Positions 11,335 to 25,030 are shown, counted from the first letter of the whole stretch. The stretch: DNA of 61,365 nucleotides, filler included, from Rhabdomonas costata (GCA_019059605.1; 22 parts of 22 records of this genome joined end to end with filler, not necessarily neighbours in it), one strand, 5' to 3'. The notes: a model not told the origin generated them from the letters alone. Made by a program: numbers and translations.

Positions 11335-12993
11335 TCAGCCATCCTCACATCCTTCTCCATGGTCGTCCAGAAAGCCGGGGGCCGGCTCTCCCTTTCCCCC
11401 GGAAGTCTTCAATGGGTCACAGTACTCTTCTCGAAGGAACCTGCGCGAGCCCGTGTCGGCGAGGCGGATGGGCTCCGGCACGCGGTGGCGGCAGCACGCT
11501 TGCACCACGGCCAGCGCAGTGGACAGAGAAAGCCGGTGGCCCTGGCTTACGAACACGGGGTTCACCGAGCCTGAACTGCCGCACATCGCGGCGCCCCATA
11601 CCCGGCCAGAGGACCCCACGAGTTCCAGCGCCGCCCCACTGTGGAATAGTGCAACGAACCACTCAGAAGGAGAGCATTCCAAATTTCCGGACACTAATAA
11701 AACGGTCGGAAGCGCCAACCAGGCATCCTGTCCCCATAAGCATGCGATGCTCCAGAGATTACAGAGGTTTCAGGTGAATACACAGGTTCCGTGCGTTTCG
11801 TCTTCGATACCCAAGAACCCGGGTGCTTTCCTGTTTCCACAACAAGAAACCGCTATATTAATGAAACTGGTTTGTGTGCAGCTGAACGAACTCTTTTGAT
11901 GTTCATACAGACTACGTGCTTTTGCAAAATCATACTCTTGCACGATGAAAAAGTGCAGGGATGGGATAACACTTAGTTAGACCCTAGAGCCCATTTGCTG
12001 AATTGAGGAGAAGGGGGGAGGATACAGATGCACACGAAGGCGGAGAGCGTAACTCAGCACCAGCGCCAAAACTCACCAGAAAAAATAGGCCCCCGCATCG
12101 GTTCCGGTACTCGAATAATGCATCACTAGTGCCGCCCATAAACGTAGACGCATTAACTCACCCGCACAGGCAAGGACGGGGCAGAAACGACTGACTTCTC
12201 CAGAAGTGCATTTGCGTGTCTGGCCACGACACATCCACGCTTTTGGGGAATCGAGCAGTGGCTCTCGATGCTGGGCTTGAAAAAAATTCACACATCGGCA
12301 GCCCACCTGGATGGATTTTCCGTTCGGAACTTCCGAAAGCTCTCTAGAACCTTAAACTTGGTCAGCCCGTCCACATTCAGGAACGTTTTCGCGACTCCGA
12401 TGGTGGGAAGCCCCGAGACCACTCCAAGGTGGCAGGCCTGCAATATTTCAACATCGCACTCAGCAGGTTCATTTTTGCAACAACCGTACACATACTAAAC
12501 AGAATGCACTGGTGTACGAGAGTAATGAAGAGCAGAGGTTCGCAGTGGCTGATTCGCGAGCGCAATGGTTGTAGGTGTTGCCTCTGCTGATTTAAGGCAG
12601 CAAAATATGGCTTGTGTTCTGGGAAAACCAGCTCTCAAATAACCACAATGAAAAGAAAGAGTGGCGAGAAGAGGTCCAGTATGCGGTATTTATCTCTCCC
12701 TGCCAAAAAATGCAAAACCACACTGCTTTCCATACTGAGTTGGGTGTAAAGGGTAAACACTCTGGTACGAACACTGTCAGGCATCGAAATCGGCTTGAAT
12801 CCATATCAAGGTCCATCATGCTGGTCTCGATTAGGCGTTAAGCTGAAGGCGACTCTGGCCCCTCCCCATCCAGGTCTTCATGGGGGCCAGCAGGCACCTG
12901 GTTGGGGTAGGGGTAGGGTGCCTGCAAAAACACGCTGTTTCCTCACAGAGAACATACCATTCCCATTCCTCGAGGGTGCAGCACCCCATTGCC
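11335..12993 (-). CDS. ENDOV: Endonuclease V, C-terminal half
   Basis: Exons ~12993-12958 (GNGVLHPRGMGM), 12437-12307 (ACHLGVVSGLPTIGVAKTFLNVDGL) and 11638-11335 (LVGSSGRVWGAA...PVFVSQGHRLSLSTA...CRHRVPEPIRLAD...stop) splice in frame. All are hallmark EndoV motifs. Confidence 0.92.
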
Positions 12994-14099
12994 GACCTCG
13001 GCCTCCTCTATGCCCCGAAGGTTTTCCAGCTCGGGGTCCCCGTTTTTCCCTCCCTGTTTGCCGCCCTATGCCCTGCCGGCGGCGCCCATGGAGACACCCA
13101 AAGGGACCACGTGCTTTGCCGCGCAGCACTGGACCTTTACGCGCGACACACGGCCCTGGTTGAAGCCAAAGCGGCGGGCTGCACATGCCACTGTCAAACA
13201 TCGATCATCACTGTCGACCACAAGCGCAGTAGGCGTGACATACTTTCCGGTTCGCAATCGTTGTGATGGAGGGATGTTGTCAACAAAGTATAATTGATTG
13301 CTGGAATTTGCGTGGAGTGAGATAGTGTGAAATGGCTTGATGTGTTTACTGGAGTCGTGCAGTTGGGGTGTGAAACAGCCGTTTGGAATGTTAGAGACTA
13401 ATTTCTCAGAGAAGAAAAAGCTTCAGTTCTCTGGGTGTGGAAGGTGTTAAATTACATTTTCAACTCCCATGTTCCATATTCTCCGCTTCCAAGTTCAAGT
13501 CAGCAGGTCATGAGAACTATGTCTTGGGTGCCATTACAGACTTGGTTTCAGAGTTGGAAAGTGAGGCAGGCATGTTTTCACGCCTTTCGGCTTTCTTGTA
13601 GCTCTTTTGTTCCGTTTCATTATCATTTTCTTGTAAAGGGAAGCCTGTGTGTCAGCATGCACCAAGCAAATACGCTGGGTGGCTTCCATGTGTTTCCTTT
13701 TTTAACCAGCTTTGGAAATGCACTGCTGAAATTTCGGCCATGTTGGCTGTAGCTGTGGCGGCTGCGGCCATTTCATCTGATGAATACTCGGAGATGCTTG
13801 CGGTAACAATGAAGACTTGAGTTATCATTAACACTCCACATGGACCTTCGGCGAGGTTAAACCCACCACCCAACACACCCACCACNNNNNNNNNNNNNNN
13901 NNNNNNNNNNNNNNNNNNNNNNNNNNNNNTTAATTAATTAANNNNNNNNNNNNNNNNNNNNNNNNNNNNNNNNNNNNNNNNNNNNGTGTTGGATGAAGAA
14001 TACGGGAATACAGGCGCCCATTTTCAAGGGCAGACAGCGGTGAGGGGAGCGGGAGACCGCGGGGGTCGGGGGACAATTAGCAAACCGTTGTGGGGCGCT

Positions 14100-16518
14100 T
14101 GCCATTTTCGGAGCCCAGGATGACATTGTACTCGGAGATGGTGTACTCCATGGGGTGGACCAGGCCCTGCAGGTGCGGGAAGAGCTTCTCGATGCGCTTC
14201 CACGTGCCCTGCCGCACCACGTCGTCGGAGATGTACAAGTCGTGCTCCAGTACGCAATCCTGTGGGTCCGAAGCCATGCGCAGACCTCGAGTGTGGGACA
14301 TCATTCAAAGTTGGAAAAGGAATACTCAGACGGCGGAGATGACAGAACACCAATTGACATGGTGTGTGAGTCCTATGAATAAAAAACCTGCGGGATGTAG
14401 AAAATTTGCCCTTGCAACAACCAGAGGACATGCACAGCGGCAGAATCCGAAACTCTTCGGCACTGCCCTCATTCTCACGCCAAACATTTGGGGCTTGACA
14501 GTGAGACGTAAAAAAAATAGTTTGGGACTCGCTCGAAAAGGTCGGGAAACGCCTGGAAAAGGCCACAACGTGTCTTAGAGCTGCACTCAGTTTTTCCAAC
14601 AGGCACTAATTCACACTTGCAGTTAGAGCACTATAGAGGTTGTTGACGCATTCAATTTTTTTTTCGACTCCAGTGACCAACTTACGAATAACCTGTACAG
14701 TTCGCGGCTTTTACCATCATGTCAGTATGTCTGAGAGGTGAGAGCTGTGATACCTGCTCAGGAGCATAGTACTCAGCCACATCGGGAGGGGCACGGCCCT
14801 GCAAGGTGACCTCCGCTGGAGACACTCCAGGGGGCTTCCCCACGACGTACCTCCCCGCGGGAATCTTGACAAACTTGAGCTCAGTGAACACTGTGGATCA
14901 AAAGACAGTGGTGTACCTTGGTATGCAAATAAAAAGTCAACATATATATTGCTTCGAGGCCATCTCATGTTCGGAACAATCAAAATACAGGTCGCGGTGA
15001 ACAGTATGAAGTAGGTGCATATGGTGTTCCCCCGGAGTCTGAAGGAACGTACCGTAGAAACCCTGAAAGCGAATGAAAGGGAGGTTGGGGCAGGTAGCCC
15101 GACCGAGTGGTAATGGGGCCCTATCATCTTACGAAGTTTTTCCGTTGGCAGGAGGACGTTAGCAAAAGGTAAGCGCGGTGCGGGAAGAACGCATGGGGGG
15201 AGGTCAGGCAGACTGCCCTCGATGGTTTTCATCACGTCCTCGCGGCGAGCAGCCAGCAGGCGGTCATCCTCGGCGATTCTCTTCCAGTCTCGGCACACCC
15301 GCATACAGGTTTGGCACAGTTCATGCTCAGTTAGAAACCGGAAGGCCTGTGAAGTAGAGAATGTGGGGGGTATCAGTGACACGAAAAGAAGGGACCCTCC
15401 ATCCCAGCTCGAGGGTGAGGCGCCGGAACTGTGTGCAGTCAGTGGCTGCGAGACTGAGGCAGTCTGTTTCGTGTTTCCTCCGTTATACTGACGGCCTTTT
15501 AATTCCCCACAGCGCTCGGAAGGTCGCTTTTCACTCCTTTAAGAATAACTCCAGTCAAGGTCAACGGGGCCGGATTAGGCACAGTCCTACCGAGGGCTGG
15601 AGTTCGTGGTTGTATCGGTTGGGTTTGAGATGGGCCTTCTGCCAAGTGAGTCATATAATGCAGTTTTGTGAGCAGTTTTGTGGGAATCGTCGCTGTCAGG
15701 ATACCTGCACGTGGCGATGAACTGACACCAACTCACAAAACCAACCATTCGCAGGGGACCTCCAAGGACCCGCCCGCCACTGCACCCCACTCAAGTTCGC
15801 TGAAACAAAGACACAAACCCCAAGCAGAGCGATCCTCAGCTCTACAGGGACGGAGGCCCTGTCCGTGCGCACCCTTAGGATGTCCTGAGCGCGCAGCACG
15901 GGACGCTGCGGCCCGCCAGAGGACGGCCGCCGCGCGGCGGACGCAGAGTAGCCTCTCCCTGGAGGCGGCGGGGAGCTCAAGTAGGCCAGGAGGCGAGCCA
16001 CCTCCCTAAAACGTGTCGCACAACGAATAATAGCACACGGAGAGCGTCAGCACTTGTCAGCTTCATGGCAGCCCAAATGAAATCTTCGGGTTGAAAGCTA
16101 CAGGACTGCGTGCATCTTGAAGGTATCGGAAACAACAACACTGACAGCAACACTGCACAGGGAATTGTTCACCAGAGCGGGCAAACAATCAGGGAAAAAA
16201 TGAGCATACATGCAGTGAGGGACAGAAAGACATCCAGTCCCACCTCGTCACTAGAAGCGGACTCCTCACGGTGCTCACGAAAAAGAACCAAACCAATTAC
16301 AGGGTGGCAAATCGAAGCCATGCCCATCCTCCAGTAACAGTCAGGGATAAAAAGAAGCTCACGTACTCTTTGCGGAGGCGCTCCTGCTCTTGGGCCTCCC
16401 GGAGCCTCAGCGCGGCGTCCAGCCTTTCAGCCTCTGCCGCCTGGGCGGCAGCCTCCGCATCGACACGCAGGCGCTCCTCGCGGGCCTCGACCTCCAAAAC
16501 CAGAGGGCTGGCATCCAT
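14100..16518 (-). CDS. F-box protein with N-terminal coiled coil and a downstream FGE/SUMF1-like segment (partial)
   Basis: ATG at 16518 starts MDASPLVLEVEAREERL. The spliced F-box reads FRRLTLELGWR|AFRFLTEHELCQTCMRVCRDWKRIAEDDRL (about 15430-15398 and 15347-15217). It is followed by FVKIPAGRYVVG (14891-14755) and PQDCVLEHDLYISDDVVRQGTW (about 14286-14100). Confidence 0.65.
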
Positions 16519-16928
16519 AAAGAAAACCCTCTGCTCGTAAACGCGATGGTTGGACCATCCACCCACCAAACCCAACTATCGCCTCAAATACAACAGGATA
16601 TTATTAGACGCACAGGGAAAAATATAAACTCTGAGGTTGCCAACATGCAACACTTCAAAAAGCTGCGCAAAACCCAAAACANNNNNNNNNNNNNNNNNNN
16701 NNNNNNNNNNNNNNNNNNNNNNNNNTTAATTAATTAANNNNNNNNNNNNNNNNNNNNNNNNNNNNNNNNNNNNNNNNNNNNTTTGTTTTGTTTCTTTTTC
16801 TCCCGCGCACAGCAAGACGAAATTATTCAGACGTTCTCGTCCTTACGTTGTTGTGGTGTTTATTCTCTTGTCTGACATGCGTTTTCGCTTGCGTTCTGAT
16901 GGGTCTCTGTCATTTTTTATGCGCAGCA

Positions 16929-19379
16929 CCCTGGTCTACTCCTTGTACGACCTCTCCAAAACCGTGCTGGTCGTTCATAAAGACGTGAAACACATTAAGA
17001 AGATCCGGCACAGGCTGGAGAACCGCTTCGAAGTAACACCTGTTTGTCGCATGCGCGGGCACCTCCCACCTCTTCTGGAATTGCTTCTTCCGAATGAAAC
17101 CTTTTTGTTGTCTCCAGAGTGCGCATTCGTACCGCTGCTTCCTTCCTATATGTGCGTATGGTGTGGCTTGGGGCCTCATAGGGGGTACAGGCGTCGAAAC
17201 GTCTATTACGACTACAGCATCCACACCACCACATACTGCCCGCACACTACCACGACACCCCATCGAATCCCATTTATTGCCCCTTCATTTTTGGCAAACT
17301 CGTTCACTCAAACAACTCACCACGGTTTAATTACCAACAATATGCCTTTGCTTGTTTGACTTAGGGACAGTTGTGTTTCTGCCTGCTTGTCCGCATTTCC
17401 TTAAAAAGCTCACCTAAACAAAGACAGGATTGCTTTCCGTTTTCAACTCAACCACACATCCTTTCACCTTCAGCATTTGGAACCACTGGAGCACACTTAT
17501 GCTTAGTACTAGTGGTCATGGCAGTCGGATCGGAAACGGTTTGCTTTGCGCAAAATCAGAGCATCTTGAATCTCGGGGAGTTCAAGGACGCCTTCGGAAA
17601 TGTGGACAAGGCTAAGGTTGTGGCGGAGCTGAAAACCCACCGCTATGTCATGGCAGACGTTAACACGCGGGGGTTGCCTCTCTACGTGAAACGGAGGTGG
17701 GTCCCCTCCCCCAATTAAATGGATGTGGCTCACTGTGGGTGCGCTGTTGTCCATTGGAATTGTCAATTTGTGGCTGTTTCATTTGTATGCACCTGTGTGT
17801 AGGATTGACGAGTCAGTCAACTATGCCCCGAATGGTTCCAGGACCAACGATGAGTACTTCCAGGACGTTTCACGGACAGTTGCTGTGCAGTGTTTCCGCG
17901 GCCGTGTAACGTGTGCCACCACCGTTCCCCGCTCTCATGTTGATTTTTCCAAGAGGATATATGGAAAGTACCGGGCCACCGAAAACCTAGTCCCTCAGTC
18001 CCTGTCAGTGATGCGGGTGATGCGGATTGGCCTGATCGGGTCCCCACTTGATCACCTTATCAGAGATCAGTGTCACTGTGCATCTCACTTCCGGAGGTTG
18101 TGAGACGAGGTTGTTATCGGTAAAGGCTGTGAAGTGCTGGCAGGTTGAGACTGAGTTTTGAACCGAAATGGGCCCTCCGCATTGTGTTCGGCCGGCATGC
18201 GGCGAGGGCCTGTTGGCGAGGGCGTTGGTCGGGGTGAACTATGATTAGGGCTGCATTTTGAAGGTGCTTGGCTGTTGTTCCCGGTTCTGTGTTGTCTGTT
18301 TTCAGTGGCTTAGACAGCACGAAACGGGTGTCAGCGCAGCTTTGCACTTACTGCCACTGACAGAATCTTCCCTGCACGAACTCTTTCAGGATTCGGGTGG
18401 GAAATTTGGCGTTTCCCGAAAAGAAGCTGATTACCAATGTCAGCAGACTGTGCTCCTTACTCCGGACAGATTACCCCGAACTTTGGCGGGACGTCAGACA
18501 GGCCTGGTGAGGCACTCCCCCCTCCTTTTTTGTGCACCATCTCGCGACCGACTTTGTATAGTTCATGACGTGGTCTGGGAATGTGCGCAGTAATTAAGGG
18601 ACTAAATGTGCCTGAGGTATGCTTAGGTCAAAGAACGGTCCATTTTGAGATGAAGAGATTAATTCGAATGTTTCGAACGATTCAGGAGCTCTTTACCTTC
18701 CAAAGGATTCCAACCGCGCAGTTGTGTGTGTTTTTACAGGATTATATCTCGAACGAAAATACTCTTTGCACTTCATTTTTCGCCTTTTTTTTATCCAATT
18801 CTCATTCCTTTGGGTTTTGATTTTGCGCAGGATTCAGTCGAAGGGGACAGTTCCGATTGAGGTGTACCAGAAGCCATGGGTGCCGCGGAAGTTGTACAAG
18901 AGTATGAAGAAAGTATGTGCACCAAACGGCGGGAGCCAGAGAAGAGACGGAGAATCGAAGCTAATAATGGAACATCTCACATTTTTGGCAGAATCTGCAA
19001 AATTTTTTGGGTCCATTGTCCGTACACGCGGAAGTGCTCTCGCTGTCCGTTTGCTTTCTTTGAAAGATGAAATCCGAGACCACTTCGGGCAGCGTTGCGT
19101 GGAGTGGTGCGGAAAATGGTTGTACCATTCCCAGAAGGGATCGGGTTGGATGGATTTCCCATTCCAACTTCACTTTCGAGAGGTAATGGCTTAGATGTTC
19201 TTTTCTTCAGGGCGAAACTGCTAACCCCGCTGCTAAGGGCCCTCCTGGGCCTCCTGAGGATGCTGAAGAAGAGCCTCGAAGCACACAGCAGCAGCCCATC
19301 AGAGCACCGGTTGAGACTGTGCCCGTGCTTCGCAGAAGCCCAAATCTGGCGCTTCTGTTTGGTCGGGCTGCGATCGCAG
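16929..19379 (+). CDS. Multi-exon hypothetical protein (internal exons)
   Basis: AG/GT-bounded coding-like segments: TLVYSLYDLSKTVLVVHKDVKHIKKIRHRLENRFE, VVMAVGSETVCFAQ...LPLYVKRR, IDESVNYAPNGSRTNDEYFQDV and IQSKGTVPIEVYQKPWVPRKLYK. No family recognised. Confidence 0.4.
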
Positions 19380-20010
19380 GTGCCGCACCCTCGTTTGCTT
19401 CGTAGGATCAGTATCCCCCTCCGATGCGCTGGTGGCAGGGGAGGACGTCAACGGGCTGTTTCGCCCAAAAAAANNNNNNNNNNNNNNNNNNNNNNNNNNN
19501 NNNNNNNNNNNNNNNNNTTAATTAATTAANNNNNNNNNNNNNNNNNNNNNNNNNNNNNNNNNNNNNNNNNNNNTTGTTTTTTTGCACTGGCACTTGTCAA
19601 AGAGGTGGGTGGGGTGCGGAAACCAACGTTGTCTTCTTGATGCTCGTCGCTTGCCTACACTCTGTTTTTTCTCTGTTTTCCGCTGTCCATTTTCGCTCAT
19701 TTTGTCTCTTCATCAAGTTCATCAATCTCTCATCTCTCGGATGCATTCTGACAACGACGCTCATTTCTCCCGTGGTGCAGTGTTTCATTGGATGACCCTT
19801 GTTGGATGTGATGTTTCACTGAGTGCAACCGTTTTTCGATTTGATACCTTGACGAAGCTCTGCTGTTGTTCTGCTGTTTTCTTGGGTTATGTGAAAACCG
19901 TCTAAGAAAAGGAAGCGCGTCAATCTATTCTTGGTTCGCGTTCCATTCCGTCTTTGTGGTCAGTCCTTCCCCTGCAGCCTCCACCATCACATCAACACCC
20001 GCTTCCACAG

Positions 20011-21784
20011 GTGATGGAGGAACTGGACCGCAGCTGCTGGGTGCTGGAGCCCTCTCCACCAAACCTCGCGGTGCCTTTCAGGCGGGTGCTGCTATTGCGG
20101 CAGTGCTGCCTCAGGGTGGAGGTGGGGGACCCCTTCCAGCCCGTGGCTGTGCCCCCCGCACTCGACCTCACAGGTCTCCATGTGGTTGCGTGCATTTATC
20201 AGCAGCATCGTTGATAGATACCCTTGCATTTCCCGCGGCCGGTGTGGTTGAAAACGTGCACAGGCACATCGATGCAATTGCACGCACATCCACAATGGAA
20301 TGGGACGACGAAGAAAGACATAGAGTGTTTGTTATCCCTATTCTTCTGATTTCTGGATTCCTGTTCAAATTTACTGGGTATTATTGCCCGCTGCCCGGTT
20401 GACACTTACTGGATGTGAAGGGTACAGTGAATTTTTAGGCAGAGTGATGGATGGCGTGTTGATGCGCAAGAGAAAAGGTAGTTTTCCCCGCTCCGGTGTG
20501 CCTTCCACCATAACATGGTTTGAGGGTATAAGAATTGGACATTTGGTGATGAGTTGGGCCCCTCCCTTTCCATCCCATCCCACAGGATGCTGATTCGTTT
20601 TGGGTCCGCTGAGGTGGCCCTGTACAATACCCTGCATCCTTCGGTTCACTCGCGGTTTGGATCTACGCGAAAGCCCTGAACGGAAGGATTGTAGTGAAAG
20701 TCTGGGGGTCCTCCATATCTCAGCCCTTCATTTTTTCAGGGCCGGATCTGGATGTTGCCCCTCTGAGGCAGAAGCTGGACTCTCAGGCGGTGGCTCAGCA
20801 GTGGAATCCCAGCCTGGGACTTGTGGAGAATCTGCTTCGCATCTTGGGTTTGCTGGCATTTCCCCAGCAGGAGCACCCCAGAGGCGGCGCGCCACCTTTT
20901 GGAGAAGCGGGGTCCATCGGCACAGGTTGTAGGGAGAGGGCACTTCTCCTTTTTTTTTCGCAACCCCCGTTGAGGGCAAGCCGCTGGTTTGAAATCATGC
21001 CATATCGATCTGAGTTGGCATAACAAACGAAAGGTGATCAATGAAAGGGTCTTTTTCTAGTCGCCCATCACACTCCTGCCATATCGACACAGCTTCGCGT
21101 TCAGGCTGAAATCCACCCCCTGAACCCAAACGCCAACCGTTGTGCGCAATGCAAAGGACAAAGTCGGGTGTAAAGACTGGTGGTTTGGTGGGTGGGTGGG
21201 TGCATATGCTTTCTGTCTGAAAGCGACGCAGTTGTCAGAATCCCGGATCCACAAATTCCAAATCATCCAAACAGGTGTGGCCTGAAACTGATCCACGTGG
21301 GGAAGAAACCCTACCCTCACCGTGGTTCGCATTTAGAAGCGGGCTTTGTGAAGTTTCAGCGTGATAGCTGTGTGGGTGTGCACCTTTCACACAATGAACA
21401 ATTCGATGCGAACACACCGAACACGCTCCTGAACCCAACTTTATCACACCCCTTGCACAGAAAATTTGCGCCAAAAACCCACGAACACGCACACGCACAC
21501 ACAGGCATGTTTTTGGCACCCTGGTTCCATTGGAAGGAGTCGGGGTGCTGGTTTTGTTCTCAGGTGCTGCCGTGGTCCGGGAGTGCGGGGTTTGTCACGT
21601 GGTGCAGTGCCCCGATGAGGCTGGGCCCCCCAGCGTGGCTTGTGGGGCGTGTGGGAGTGTCTTCCACGTTTGTTGTGCCGTGGACTGGCTGGCCCAGCTC
21701 TCCTCCACCCGTCATAGCTGCGGCATGCTGTACGGCGAGTGCCCGGCTTGCAACGCCACCCTGGCCTGCCGCGCCGACCGCTGA
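20011..21784 (+). CDS. FANCL: Fanconi anemia group L E3 ubiquitin ligase (last RWD domain + RING), 3' exons
   Basis: Exons 20011-20173, 20740-20925 and 21564-21784 splice in frame: MEELDRSCWVLEPSPP...RR...WNPSLGLVENLLRIL...FP...ECGVC...C..CGSVFHVCCAVDWLAQLSSTRHSCGMLYGECPAC. This is colinear with FANCL (WVLEP; FHxxCLxEWL...SF...GECPYC). Confidence 0.9.
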
Positions 21785-22631
21785 GCGTAAGCTCTGCGCC
21801 ACAGGCATCAGCGCTTTGCAGCAAACAGAGTCGCTTTACCGCTGTTTGATGCTCTGGGGTTGACCAGGGCTTTGGCTGCTGAATGTGAACACAGCAGGAC
21901 AGAAGGCCCTTCGGGCGGCGGAGATGCCTGACGGTTGGATTGATAGGCGGACGAATTTCTCAACTCTCGCATCCTCGTTGCTCCCGGTGGGGGAAACACC
22001 GGCCGACAAATGCCGAAGCATGGCAGCTTTATCTCACCCCATCTTCATGGCTTAGCCCTCTTCATGCTTTATCGCCCCATCTTTACGCTGGCGGGATGTT
22101 CCCTTGGCGGGACTGATGGTGTTCACCCTTGTTCTTTTTTCTCGCCTCACGCGCTTACTTAAATGAGCCGAAAGAGCAGCTACCACAGAAAAAGCATGGG
22201 CTCAGATGAGCACGCTATGAGTGGGTGCCCCTTGAGTCAGTTTCTTCCTCCTGCTGTCAATTCCAACCNNNNNNNNNNNNNNNNNNNNNNNNNNNNNNNN
22301 NNNNNNNNNNNNTTAATTAATTAANNNNNNNNNNNNNNNNNNNNNNNNNNNNNNNNNNNNNNNNNNNNGGTTGGTGTTCACATTACTCATTGTGACATCG
22401 ACCCTTGAAAGTAAAAAAAAGTTCTCGAAAGAAAACAATCAATAATGTGAACGGCAACCATACCCCAACCAATGCCTAAAACGAAAACAATTCTTCAACA
22501 AGCGAGATAATTTTTTCTTAAATTTTGTGACCACCCCGAATCTCATAGCAGCTTAGTATGGCGCCGCGTTTGCCATCGTTGGAGCCAGGTTTCCCAGCTC
22601 CCCTTTGTCTCATGCACGTGTACACCTCTGA

Positions 22632-25030
22632 TCAGGACTCCTTGATCGGGCCACTGCTCGTCGTCCGCGGCGTCCTGCACTGCATTCGAGAATTCAGAAA
22701 CCACAGCCCGCTCATCACGAACCGGGTTTTGTTGGCAGTGGTACCGTGTATCTGGTTGTTGTGGACAACAAAAGGTACCACCTGCGCGTGTTGCGGCGTC
22801 TGGGAGACGAAATAGTCTGATCCGCTTGGGAAGTGAGTCGGAGACTCCAGAAGGAGGCGCCGAAGGTTCATCTGAGGCAAATGCAATGCATGCGCAAAAA
22901 AATATTCTGCATTATAAAAAAGGCCTACAAATAACGTGAACGGAGAGAAAGACTCCACCACCCAATCCCATACTCACCCAATTGACCAATACGTAACCAG
23001 CTGTGCGAAACAGATTTCGAGGACGTTTAAAAGTTGTTTGTTGTTAAAAGGGAAAAGGTAAGAGGTAGTACTGTCGTAACCACACTTGCTGGGTACTCGA
23101 ACCTGCTTTTTCTCCGAAAACTTATGTGAACCTTCAAGAGAAGCAACGCTCACAACAGTACACCACGCATTCACACATACACACACTTACAGGGAGAACG
23201 GAATCGACGGGTTAGCGCTGTGGGGTCACTGGAAAAGAGCAAAACTAAGCCATTATTAAAAACGTGAATGGCATCGCAGGGGGTAAAGCGAACCCGCAGG
23301 CCGTGGCATGAGGCCACGACGCCGTAGGTTCTCAGGCGGTTCGCGCGCTGCCTGGTCAGGTGCAAGTCCACCAAACCATCAAATACGTCCTGGTCGTCGG
23401 CCTTGCTTCGGGTGACTTTCTCGATGCAGGTTACCCAGCGCGACATCAGCTCCACCGTTCGCGCATTCGACCTCATATAGTAAAATCCCGTGTTGTTGTG
23501 ATTCACTGTCGCCACAGATGCAATACAAAGCAAGATAAAAAATAATCCAAGACGCCTCTCATCCCTCTCATCCCCTCTCGCTTGTCTGTTTTTAGAACTC
23601 CCTCTCCTGTGCCATTAATTGCTCCAATTGTATGCAGCCCCCTTCGGTTTTTCTCCTTGCACGCACTTCTCCTTGTAAAGGAAGCGCCCCCGTTTCTCCC
23701 ACTCCCAGGGTTTCGTGGCGTTGTTTCGTGCACACCCACTCCTATTCTTCCTCTGCTACTCCCTCCCCTCTATTTTTCAGTTATTCCAATCTTCACCGCT
23801 CTTCGGTGCTGTGCCGGACTTTGGACGCCGAACTCCGTTGTACGTGGAGGTGAGATTTGATGAAGAAAAAATAGCTTCAATGTGCATAACACATATCTTG
23901 GCCACTTGTCAACCACGGAAAACTGGCACCACCAGTTTGAGCGAGCATGCTGTTGACGCGTGCCAAAATAACAACCAGGAAACGTGGGGTATGTAAAGGA
24001 AACAGGGGAGAGGCCAACTCTGTACAGAAGGACAAACCATAATAGTTGATCGCATAGTCCCAGCCAGTTTCAGTATGAGCAGACGGCGGATCCTCTATCC
24101 AACCAACAGTGTGGGGTCCATCCTGTATTGGATGACCCTTGACCCCAGCTTGGACAAGATATGGGGTCGGGTCCCGCAACACTACAATGTCTGTGTCGTA
24201 AAACACCACGTCGTACCCCTGTTGCAGAACTCGGGAAACCGTCTGAACCTAAACAAAAGCACGACGAGCACTACCACAAAAGAGAGAAGAAGAAAGAGAG
24301 ACCTTTGGTGCTACGTCAACATAACGCCGGAAAAAATGGCAGAGCTTCATGCCTCTGGAAGCTGGACACTGGAAGCTAGAAAGCCCACCACAACCCGGCA
24401 GAGTGTCCGGAACCCCAACCTTTGACAACCTCTATCACATATTTCGTTCGCCCTACCAACACTTGCGATCCAGAGGAGTTAACAAAAAGAACTGGCAAAG
24501 GGAGCGACGGTATGAAGCAGAGCCGGTGGTGAAAAGTTGAAAAGTGGGTAATACAGCACAGCACAAACCTTCTTTCGCGTCAGGGAGGCAAATCTTCGAC
24601 CACTGAACACTCCGATATCCGACCGCGCGGAGATAACCAGCGATGGCACGCCGTGCTGGGCCAACACCTCATGAGCCTCCTCATCTGCAAACAGCAGCAC
24701 ATTGCGGACTCCAAGCCGCCGAAGCGAGCACAGGAAGTTCAGCGTCATCTCCACGTAGGCCGAGTTGCACATAGCCACCACCACAGGCTGGGACCGAGAA
24801 AGATTTCCCAGCTGCAGCTGCAGGGCACCCTCGTCGGCCAACAGCGGTGGAGGTGGCGACTTGCCGGATCCTCCTCTTGGGCGGTGGTGGACAATGGGCT
24901 GCCGGGTGGGCCTGATCGCAGACCCAACCTCTGTAAACGCTGGAGGGAGGCTGGTGTTGATGGATGAGGGCTGCTGGGGATGGGGAGGGTCGGGTGCTGA
25001 AGGTGCTCCCAGCGGAACGGATGACTCCAT
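22632..25030 (-). CDS. Nucleotide-diphospho-sugar transferase (Nucleotid_trans/GT77-like), multi-exon, possibly 5'-truncated
   Basis: Successive GT-AG exons (ends at 24569, 24248-24038, from 23505, last exon to 22632) encode NSAYVEMTLNFLCSL, VLQQGYDVVFYDTDIVVLRDPTPYL (DxD), NTGFYYMRSNART, DDQDVF, FPSG..YF and VHNN...K..F..SGLW. Confidence 0.88.
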
